From contig CAZIPN010000010.1 of assembly GCA_964541225.1 (NCBI GenBank), forward strand, positions 15 through 64,014: a DNA stretch of 64,000 bases, written 5' to 3'. The notes below the pieces were generated by a model that saw only the letters and a list, made by a program, of their open reading frames with translations, had not been told where the DNA came from and did no database searches. This stretch comes from an uncultured Eubacteriales bacterium. GTDB lineage: Bacteria > Actinomycetota > Coriobacteriia > Anaerosomatales > JAAXUF01. The translations under genes were made by a program, and so were the position numbers. Of the stretch, positions 47,538 to 55,092 are shown one piece after another (position 1 is the stretch's first letter; each line of letters starts with the position of its first letter).

Positions 47538-47777
47538 ATGAACCTCGACAAAGCACTCGAGATCGTCAACGATCCCTCGATGAACGCCTACTGTGACTAC
47601 GTCCACAACGAGATCTTCCGCAACTACGGCCAGTACGAGCTGGGGTTCGATGACATGTACGACGAGGTCGCGATGGCCTTCGCGTTCGTCGCAGTCGAAG
47701 TCGCGCTCAATGACGAGATGTTCGAGTTTGTGCCGAAAGACGAGGACCCGGAGTCTGACGACACGAGCGATTCCTAG
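47538..47777 (+). CDS. Small acidic hypothetical protein (79 aa)
   Basis: ATG 5 nt after GGAGGTGA. D/E-rich, no recognised motif. Confidence 0.4.
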   Translation: MNLDKALEIVNDPSMNAYCDYVHNEIFRNYGQYELGFDDMYDEVAMAFAFVAVEVALNDEMFEFVPKDEDPESDDTSDS

Positions 47778-47951
47778 TCGCCACCTGCGGCTCCTCGATC
47801 CTTAAGACTGGCAAAGCTGGTCAAGACGGCCTACACTGTCAAGTCGAGTCCGACCCCGGGCTCAGATGTACGCGGTGCGCCCACCCGCTTGCATGCGGGG
47901 AGTCGCATCGCTTCTTTATGTGTCTGCGGACACGAGATTGGATGGTTTGGA

Positions 47952-48155
47952 ATGGCTACAGGTACCGTCAAGTGGTTCAACCCGGACAAAGGCTATGGCT
48001 TCATCTCTCGCGAGGACGGCGACGATCTGTTCGCGCACTTCAGTGAGATCCAGAGCGAGGGCTTCAAGACGCTCGATGAGGGTCAGGCCGTGTCCTTCGA
48101 AATCACTACTGGCCAGAACGGCAAGCAGCAGGCGAGCAAGATCGTCAAGCTCTAG
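47952..48155 (+). CDS. cspA: Cold-shock protein, CspA family
   Basis: [31 protein letters not shown] (RNP1/RNP2), 67 aa. The track ORF has a 21-codon spurious extension. Confidence 0.9.
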   Translation: MATGTVKWFNPDKGYGFISREDGDDLFAHFSEIQSEGFKTLDEGQAVSFEITTGQNGKQQASKIVKL

Positions 48156-48181
48156 TTCCACACACAGCTTGCACCTACGAA

Positions 48182-48212
48182 GGGCGGCCCCGCATGGGGT
48201 CGTCCTTTCTTT
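48182..48212 (+). terminator. Intrinsic terminator after cspA
   Basis: GGGCGGCCCC-gcat-GGGGTCGTCC (10 bp, two G-U) followed by TTTCTTT, 27 nt after the stop. Confidence 0.7.
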
Positions 48213-48402
48213 GCGATGATGCCCCCACATGTTCACAATATCCTCCTGTTTCACACTGGCACTCATCTACGTGGCGCCGCGAGCCGATACTCTCGCGTAG
48301 AGGAATGACACCACGTGGCGTGAACGATCTGGCGACGCGCCACATGTGTGCTCGAAGGCAGACGCCAAATGGGACAATAGGTCGCGTGAGGGAGGGACCG
48401 AG

Positions 48403-49329
48403 ATGACCGAGTCGACAATCGGCTCAAGACTTGAGTTGATCCTCGACACCATGACCGATGGCGTCTACGTCACAACAGATGAGCGCGAGATCGTCTACTG
48501 GAGCGCGGGTGCAGAGAGAATCACCGGCTACCCGGCAGAAGAGGTCGTCGGCAGGCACTGCTACGACAACATCTTGGTCCACACTGACCTGCACGGCAAG
48601 CAACTGTGCGTTTCCGGCTGTCCCCTCGAATCATGTATCCAGACTGGTCAGAGGTATGCGGTCAACGAAGTATTCCTGAAGCGCAAAGATGGGGAGCGCT
48701 TGGCCGTCTACGTGAAGACCGCGACGTTCGTTGAGAACGGCACGACATACGGAGTCGAGATCTTCGGCGAGCTTGAGTCGGTTGCCGGCCAGGACCTCGC
48801 CACACGCGTTCAGGAACTCTCCGAGACTTCAATAACCGATCCGCTGAGCGGCTTGTTCAACAGGCGCTACTTCGATGCGGCTTTGCAGCAGCAGTACGAC
48901 ATGTTCCGGAGCCTCGGCCGTCACTATGGCGTCATGCACATCGACGTCGATCACTTCAAGAACATCAATGACACGCTGGGCCACGCGACCGGTGACGAAG
49001 CCATCCGATTCGTCGCCAACGTCTTGTCGAGGAACGCTCGCAAGATGGATGTTGTTGCGCGCTACGGTGGCGATGAATTCGCCATCATCTGCGCCGTTGC
49101 CTCAAGAGACGAACTCGAGCGCTACTGCAACCGGCTCATCACGATGGTTCACGAATCGCGGTTCACCCCTGCCGAGGAATCCGGTACGCCGGTCACAATC
49201 TCGGTCGGAGGTGCCCTGGTCGACGAGACTGACCGGAATGCGCGCCGCACAGTCGAACGCGCAGATGAGGCAATGTATGCCGCCAAGAACGCAGGGCGCG
49301 ACGGTCTCGTCATCTCCGACGCCGACTAG
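48403..49329 (+). CDS. PAS-domain diguanylate cyclase (GGDEF)
   Basis: ATG after GAGGGAGGGA. PAS ILDTMTDGVYVTTDEREIVYWSAGAERITGYPAEEV. DVDHFKNINDTLGH, RYGGDEF, AMYAAKNAGRD. Confidence 0.85.
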   Translation: MTESTIGSRLELILDTMTDGVYVTTDEREIVYWSAGAERITGYPAEEVVGRHCYDNILVHTDLHGKQLCVSGCPLESCIQTGQRYAVNEVFLKRKDGERLAVYVKTATFVENGTTYGVEIFGELESVAGQDLATRVQELSETSITDPLSGLFNRRYFDAALQQQYDMFRSLGRHYGVMHIDVDHFKNINDTLGHATGDEAIRFVANVLSRNARKMDVVARYGGDEFAIICAVASRDELERYCNRLITMVHESRFTPAEESGTPVTISVGGALVDETDRNARRTVERADEAMYAAKNAGRDGLVISDAD

Positions 49330-49465
49330 TTCGGTTCACGCCGCCGTATTCTCTGCGCACTCTCTCTTCGTGTCAGCTGCCCCCTTCGCGTGCGGCACTC
49401 AACTGCCGATTGCCAACGCTTGCGAGACAATTCCTCCGAAGCGTCTTGGCTCGGCGCTCGCTGCG

Positions 49466-49471
49466 TATAAT
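49466..49471 (+). promoter_or_regulatory. Perfect TATAAT -10 hexamer upstream of the B12-radical SAM gene
   Basis: TATAAT lies 60 nt upstream of GTG 49532 in an otherwise GC-rich genome. No convincing -35; the best candidates are GTCTTG/TCTTGG at 16-17 nt. Confidence 0.35.
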
Positions 49472-49531
49472 CCCATCATTAGATAGCCACGTGACACAGG
49501 GTCGCGTGTTTCCTCGGTGGGGGCGTGAGTC

Positions 49532-51094
49532 GTGAGCATAGTGAAGCGTGTGGCACTGATCGAAGCCGGATCTCCTGGTCTGAACATCTACAGCCACGTC
49601 GCGATGGGGCGCGGCGTGTCTCTGCTGGCGACCGTGATGCGGGATGCCGGATGGGAAGCGCGCGCCTTCATCGAAGACGTATCCGGAAAGGACAGCGTCG
49701 ACTGGGAGTTCGTTCGCACGGCAAGCGTCGTCGGGTTCTCGGCCATCACGTGTACCATGCCGAGAACTGCTGAGCTGGTGGCTCGCACGCGAAGTCTCAA
49801 CCCCGGCGCCACGATCTTGTTCGGGGGACCCGAGCCAACGTGCAACCCGCAACGCAGCTTCGACATGGGTGCCGACATGGTGCTTCGTGGAGAAGCCGAA
49901 CTCACCTTGCCACGGCTTCTCGCGCTGTTGTGCGGCGAATCTCATGAGTCGTTCAACGACATCGAAGGTCTGATGTGGCGCGAGGAAGGTGCGGTACAGA
50001 AGAGTCTCCCAACGAAACAACTCACGAAGGACGAACTGAGTGCGCTTCCCATCGTTGATCATTCACTTGTCCACGACGCCGACGCGACGTCAGTTGCGGC
50101 AGTGTGGCGCACGCGAGGATGTCCCGGCCGCTGCGATTTCTGCGAAGTTGCCGAGATGTACCCCCGATGCGTGCGGCGTTCGGATGAGCGCACGATCGAT
50201 GAGCTTATGCAGGCACAGCAGAAGGGCTACGGGACCGCATTCCTCATCGACGACAATGCGGCAGCCAACAAACCTGCTTTCATGGAATTCTTGAAGAAGG
50301 CCGCCTCGAGCGGATATGCCCGAGGTCTGGTGACGCAGCTGCGGGCCGATTCGGTGTTTCGCAAGGACGGTCGAATCGACCGCGAATTCATCAGACTGCT
50401 GAAGCGAGCTGCCGGCGTGACCATCGTGTGCGTCGGTGTCGAGTCCGCGACCGATGAGAATCTTGAGGCACTCCACAAGGACGTCGATGCACAGCGCATG
50501 GCTCGGGCACTCAAGGCAATGAAACGCGCGGGGCTGCTCGTCCACGGGATGTTCATCGCCCTGACTGATGACACTCGTGAGGCAATCAAGCGCAACGGCG
50601 ACTACGCGCGCAAGTACGTGACCTCGTTGCAGTACTTGTTCGAGACTCCACTCCCTGGGACCAAGCGAACGCGCGAGCACGAGGCCGCTGGCAACATGCT
50701 CTTCGATCGTCTGGAGGATCTGTCCTTCTACGACGGAATGCATTGCGTGTTGCGTCCGCTACGGATGCGTGCCGAGGAAATGCAGCGCCTTGTGGAGCGC
50801 GAGTATCGCCGGTTCTACTCGATACCGCGGATCATCCGCGCCGCGCTCGAAGGCACCTTCGTCCGATTCCGGAGACTGACCCAGGGGCAACACGCGGAGC
50901 TGCGTTCGCTGCCGCTGGGGCGTCGGTTCACCAAATGGCTGCGATTCCACGCCGAGTACAAGTTTGGCCCCGTGGCTTTTCTGGCGATCGGTCGCAAGCG
51001 CGTTCACGACATAATCAAGGATCAGCACTACGCGGACTTCCTGAACCGGCTCCAAGCGGTCACACAGGTTGCCGAGGAAAGTGCCACTCGCTGA
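49532..51094 (+). CDS. B12-binding-domain radical SAM protein, substrate unknown
   Basis: N-terminal cobalamin-binding-like Rossmann region (VALIEAG...VVGFSAITCTMPRTAELVARTR...ILFGGPEPT). RTRGCPGRCDFCEV (CX4CX2C as in class B rSAM). Confidence 0.8.
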   Translation: MSIVKRVALIEAGSPGLNIYSHVAMGRGVSLLATVMRDAGWEARAFIEDVSGKDSVDWEFVRTASVVGFSAITCTMPRTAELVARTRSLNPGATILFGGPEPTCNPQRSFDMGADMVLRGEAELTLPRLLALLCGESHESFNDIEGLMWREEGAVQKSLPTKQLTKDELSALPIVDHSLVHDADATSVAAVWRTRGCPGRCDFCEVAEMYPRCVRRSDERTIDELMQAQQKGYGTAFLIDDNAAANKPAFMEFLKKAASSGYARGLVTQLRADSVFRKDGRIDREFIRLLKRAAGVTIVCVGVESATDENLEALHKDVDAQRMARALKAMKRAGLLVHGMFIALTDDTREAIKRNGDYARKYVTSLQYLFETPLPGTKRTREHEAAGNMLFDRLEDLSFYDGMHCVLRPLRMRAEEMQRLVEREYRRFYSIPRIIRAALEGTFVRFRRLTQGQHAELRSLPLGRRFTKWLRFHAEYKFGPVAFLAIGRKRVHDIIKDQHYADFLNRLQAVTQVAEESATR

Positions 51095-51122
51095 GAGTCC
51101 GAAGCTAGATCACCTGAACGTG

Positions 51123-51165
51123 AGAGGCTCGTGGCCCGCGTCGTGCGGCACGAGCCTCTTTGTGG
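51123..51165 (+). terminator. Intrinsic terminator after the B12-radical SAM gene
   Basis: AGAGGCTCGTG...CACGAGCCTCT is a perfect 11-bp stem, extendable via an inner CCGC/GCGG pairing, followed by TTTGTGG. It lies 29 nt after the stop. Confidence 0.6.
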
Positions 51166-51248
51166 TCTGACACTCGCGTATTACTATTGATCTGATCGCA
51201 TTTGCCGCGTCGGCGGCTTGCCTTGCAACGGACGAAGGAGACGCCTCC

Positions 51249-52238
51249 ATGGCCACGCCCGCAAACCGAACAACGAGTCTCCAGTGGTTGCTCGGCACGC
51301 GACTGTTCGCAGTCGTCATCGCCACAGTCGGGATCCTGATTCTGATCCAAGCCGGAGGATGCAGTAGCCCAGCGGCAACCTCACGAACAAGTTCAACCGG
51401 TTCCGATCAGCTTCGGCTGTTGCCGAATGCATCCACGTCCACCAACGGAACCCAGAAGCCGACATCCGGAGCACCCACAAGCCTGGAACAGGTCGACGCG
51501 CAGAACGCCGCGACCACGATTGACTCGACTTCCACGGGCAGCGGACCGATAGTCCTGTTTGATGTCGCCCATCGCGAGATCTTTGGTCCCAAGAATACCT
51601 CTGAACTCGGCCAGTCCGCCGCAGTGGCACGCATGCGATCAGCGGGCGTGCGAGTAGTTGCTACGCACACGCCTTTCACGTCCGCGATGTTGCGCGGAGT
51701 ATCCGGTGTGATGATCTCAGGTAATATGCAACCACTCGACACCAATGAGCTCGCGGCGCTCAATGACTTCATGACTGGCGGCGGAGTCGTCGTGGTCACT
51801 GTCCACATAGCTCCAATGGATCAGAACATCGCGCGGGCATTCGGGTTCGCGCTGTCTCCCCAGGTCCTGCAGGCGACGACTCCGCAACCTGGCGGCAACC
51901 CTCTGAACTTCGCGTGCACGAGCATCGAACAGCATCCACTGACCCAGGGAATCAGCGCTGTGAAGGTTCTTGGCGCTTGGGGGATTGCGGCCCAGCCGCC
52001 GTCCCAGATACTCGTTGGGACAAGCGCCGACACGTGGATCGACGTCGACGGAGACGGCAAGCGAACGACAAACGACATGGCTGGGAAGTTCGGCATGGTG
52101 GGCCTGAGGCAGATCGGCAAGGGGGCCTTCATCATATCCGGCGACGATGCCGTTTTCGCGAACGTCGCGCTTGCATCAAAGGACAACGTGCAACTGTTCG
52201 ACAACATCGTGAAGGCGATCAAGCCGCCAACACAGTAG
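51249..52238 (+). CDS. Lipoprotein with S/T-rich linker and GATase1-like/DUF4350-like domain
   Basis: AAGGAG SD. ILILIQAGGC lipobox. PIVLFDVAHREIFG...GVMISGNMQPLDTNELAALNDFMTGGGVVVV. Confidence 0.45.
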   Translation: MATPANRTTSLQWLLGTRLFAVVIATVGILILIQAGGCSSPAATSRTSSTGSDQLRLLPNASTSTNGTQKPTSGAPTSLEQVDAQNAATTIDSTSTGSGPIVLFDVAHREIFGPKNTSELGQSAAVARMRSAGVRVVATHTPFTSAMLRGVSGVMISGNMQPLDTNELAALNDFMTGGGVVVVTVHIAPMDQNIARAFGFALSPQVLQATTPQPGGNPLNFACTSIEQHPLTQGISAVKVLGAWGIAAQPPSQILVGTSADTWIDVDGDGKRTTNDMAGKFGMVGLRQIGKGAFIISGDDAVFANVALASKDNVQLFDNIVKAIKPPTQ

Positions 52239-52336
52239 GAACCGCGCCCGAGGCTCAGCCACAATTCAAGACATCAGTTGGGTTTGAGTTTACAATCAGC
52301 TCTGTCCCGCTAGCGTCAACGTCGTTGAGGCCTGCC

Positions 52337-53197
52337 ATGTCCGATGCCGACGACCAGCATGCAATTCATAACTCGATGGCCTTCAAGGAGCACAGCGTGA
52401 GTCCTAGCGCTGGAGCTTTGCGCGGCACCCTCATCGGATTCTGGGATCAGCTTCCCGTGCACGCACTTCGTTTTGCACTTGCCGTCAACGCGCTGTTCGT
52501 CATCCTCTACCTCATGGGAGTGGCATTCTTCGCCAAGGCCCCGAATGCCTTCTTCCTTCTCTCGCTTGAGCGGGAAGGCAATCCGCCGTCATGGTGGTAC
52601 GGGTCACAGCAGCTGCTCGTTGCCCTTGTGTTCCTGGCCCTTGCATCGAAGATGTTCGAGTTCGACGAACGAATCCGGCCGTTGCGAGACCTCTTCCGAG
52701 CTTCGGCGCTTGGTTTCACCTTCATCTCACTTGATGAGGTCGGTGAATTGCACGAACTCGGCTCCAGAATGCTGCTGGGGATCAAAGGCATTCAAACGCT
52801 GGAGTCCTCGTTCGAGCAGTCGGTGATCCATATGAAGCACCATCTTCACGGCGGCGGTTTGTGGATAGTCGTGTACGCAATCGTAGGCTTGGCAGTTCTC
52901 ATGTGGCTCGTTCCGAGAGTGATTGCGGCGTACAAGATCTGGCCCAAGGAGGTCACGACCGTCGCGATCGGCTTCGGGATCTTCGCTTTCTCGGCAGCGG
53001 TTCTTCAGGTGTTGGGTTACTTCACGAAGAGCGGAACGCCTCTTCATGTGCTCTACGTTGTTGTCGAACAATCGCTGAAGATGTCGGGCATCTCGATAGC
53101 GCTCTTTGGCGCATTGAAGGTGCTAGGCGCGAGCATGCAGAAGCTCGTTCAGCAGCTCGGCGAGGAAGCGCGATCCCCCAAGCTCGAGTCCCCCTAG
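52337..53197 (+). CDS. Polytopic membrane protein, unknown family
   Basis: ATG 52337, in frame within the longer track ORF. About 6 hydrophobic spans, with an SLDEVGELHE motif between spans. Confidence 0.45.
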   Translation: MSDADDQHAIHNSMAFKEHSVSPSAGALRGTLIGFWDQLPVHALRFALAVNALFVILYLMGVAFFAKAPNAFFLLSLEREGNPPSWWYGSQQLLVALVFLALASKMFEFDERIRPLRDLFRASALGFTFISLDEVGELHELGSRMLLGIKGIQTLESSFEQSVIHMKHHLHGGGLWIVVYAIVGLAVLMWLVPRVIAAYKIWPKEVTTVAIGFGIFAFSAAVLQVLGYFTKSGTPLHVLYVVVEQSLKMSGISIALFGALKVLGASMQKLVQQLGEEARSPKLESP

Positions 53198-53249
53198 CCA
53201 AACGCAGCAGTGCCACCTCATCAGGCGTTGGAATTCGTGTACCGAAATA

Positions 53250-53820
53250 GTGCGATGGTGCAGCACACGTCCACGGCAGTCGCGTTCTCCAGACACGCGA
53301 ACCGCCGTTCGCGAGTTCTGCGAAGCCATTGCGCAACCCGACATGGCGTTGGTGATGTTCTTCTGCTCTCCCACCTATGATCTCGACGTTGTGGCAGAGG
53401 AGATGAATCAGCGATTCAACGGAGTCCCCATCATTGGCTGCACCACTGCCGGGGAGATCGGACCGTTGGGCTGTGTCGACGACAGTCTCTCCGGCGCGAG
53501 TTTCTCGGCCGGCAGCTTTGGCGCGGCGGTTGGGGGAATCGAACGGCTATCCGATTTCGGCAGCGAGCCACAGCACGAGTTCGTCCAGAGTCTTCTGCAG
53601 GATCTCGAACGTCGAGCCCCGAGCACCCGCAACGACAACACCGTACGGAAGAATCATGTTCGGCGACTCGGCGATAGCCGTGACCGCCTCGTTTGGCATC
53701 GCCGTCTTCCCGCGTGACGGCCGCACGAGCGACCAGCTCATCGCCGCTTCTGACCACGCGCTATACGCCGCCAAAGAGGCGGGCAGGAACCGCGTGAGCG
53801 TGCACCACGCGGCCACCTAG
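53250..53820 (+). pseudogene. Collapsed FIST-GGDEF signalling gene (frameshifted, large internal deletion)
   Basis: Frame 0 reads a FIST_N-like AVREFCEAIAQPDMALVMFFCSPTYD...GVPIIGCTTAGEIGP. A plausible N-terminus MVQHTSTAVAFS sits in another frame (ATG 53255). From about 53660 a third frame reads only the last ~45 aa of a GGDEF domain (DSAIAVTASFGIAVFPRDG...ALYAAKEAGRNRV). Confidence 0.65.
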
Positions 53821-53953
53821 CCTCCGTCAAACTGCAGAAACGGCCTCAGACTTGCTTTTCTGCGCCCTGTCGACGGAAAATGTCTGCCGTTCGCGAATTC
53901 GTAGCCCGTTTGCAGCCTGCGCGAGAGCGCCGCGACATGAGAGTGACTTCGCT

Positions 53954-55021
53954 ATGCATATGAACCGAGGCCGCCTTGCGGCCGCGCTTATCCTCACCCT
54001 CCTGATGTCCCTGGCCGTGTGCGCTCCTGCTCTCGGTGATCCTGTCGCGGTCAAGGAGGCAGAAGCTGCGCATATTCAGTCGCAGATCAGCGCGCTCGAC
54101 ACCAAAGCCGAAATCGCTTCTGAGCAGTACAACGCGGCACGAATCCACTACAACAAGATCACGAGCAGGGTCCACGCTACCGAGCGCCAGATCAAGAAGA
54201 TCCAGAAGCACATGCACGCGCTGCAATCGCAGCTCGACACCCGGGTCAACGACATGTATCGCCAAGGTCCGCTCGGCTTTCTCCCGGTGATTCTCAGTGC
54301 CCGGTCATACGAGGACTTCGACACCACGATTCGAGTGCTCACGTCGCTAAACGCCAAGGATGCGGCAACCGTAGCCCAGCTCAAGGCGAGCAAGGCCGCA
54401 GCACAGAGGGCGCGCGCGACGCTCGTGAGCGAGCAACAGGCGGCCAAGAAGCAGAAGTCCGCGATGGCGAAGCACGCCAGTCAAGTGAAGGCTCAGTTGG
54501 CTTCACGCAAGCGCCTGCTCGCCAGCGTAACCGCCGAAATCCAGGGTCTGATTGCGCAGAGACTGGCAAGCCAGGATGTTGGAGTGCAGTCGCGCACGAT
54601 GGCGCTCCTCCTCCGCCATCGCTCTCCGTCCTCCGGCGGCATCTGCTTCGGAGGCGCGCAGCCCGCAAGCCAGAAGGCGTCAACAGCCGTGTACTGGGCA
54701 GAGAAGCAACTCGGCAAGCCCTATGTGTGGGCTGCGGCCGGTCCCAGTACTTTCGACTGCAGCGGACTCGTGATGTATGCGTACGCGCACGCAGGCGTGA
54801 ACCTGAACCACTACTCGGGGGATCAAATCAACGAGGGCAAGCGCATACCGAAGTCGCGTCTCAAGCCCGGCGATCTCGTGTTCTTCGGCAGCCCAATCCA
54901 TCACGTCGGCATGTATGTCGGAGGAGGCAACTTCATTGAAGCCCCGTACTCCGGAACCGACGTGCGCATCTCCAGGCTATCAAGCCGCGGCGACTTCGCT
55001 GGCGCGTGTCGCCCGGGGTAG
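53954..55021 (+). CDS. NlpC/P60 peptidoglycan endopeptidase with N-terminal coiled coil (RipA-like)
   Basis: Signal peptide, long coiled coil, YVWAAAGPSTFDCSGLVMYAY, GDLVFF, HHVGMYVGGGNFIEAP. Confidence 0.85.
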   Translation: MHMNRGRLAAALILTLLMSLAVCAPALGDPVAVKEAEAAHIQSQISALDTKAEIASEQYNAARIHYNKITSRVHATERQIKKIQKHMHALQSQLDTRVNDMYRQGPLGFLPVILSARSYEDFDTTIRVLTSLNAKDAATVAQLKASKAAAQRARATLVSEQQAAKKQKSAMAKHASQVKAQLASRKRLLASVTAEIQGLIAQRLASQDVGVQSRTMALLLRHRSPSSGGICFGGAQPASQKASTAVYWAEKQLGKPYVWAAAGPSTFDCSGLVMYAYAHAGVNLNHYSGDQINEGKRIPKSRLKPGDLVFFGSPIHHVGMYVGGGNFIEAPYSGTDVRISRLSSRGDFAGACRPG

Positions 55022-55092
55022 ACGGAGCCAGCAGTACAGAGCGCGGCCGTTGCGCATCGGCTGTTCCGCTCGCCATCTCGTCTCGGCGTCGC

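Noticed and set aside
47805-47951. A specific -35/-10 promoter and cold-box call in the cspA 5' region.
   Set aside because: A long leader is expected for cspA-family genes. I could only find weak hexamers (CTGGCA...TACACT with 18-nt spacing) and no element I can defend. It is left unannotated.
51105-51350. A Cys-rich 81-aa minus-strand ORF next to the B12-radical SAM gene, considered as a RiPP precursor candidate.
   Set aside because: It has a TTG start without an SD. It overlaps the 5' end of the well-supported lipoprotein gene and the rSAM terminator on the opposite strand, and its composition is typical of antisense translation.
53821-53953. A possible c-di-AMP (ydaO-type) riboswitch upstream of the NlpC/P60 gene, as is common upstream of actinobacterial cell-wall hydrolase genes.
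   Set aside because: I could only find a GCAGAAA-N15-TTTCTGC hairpin and a weak second stem. None of the conserved ydaO core elements I remember (pseudo-symmetric helices with ACGGGGA/CCCA-type boxes) are visible. A cmscan would be needed to overturn this.
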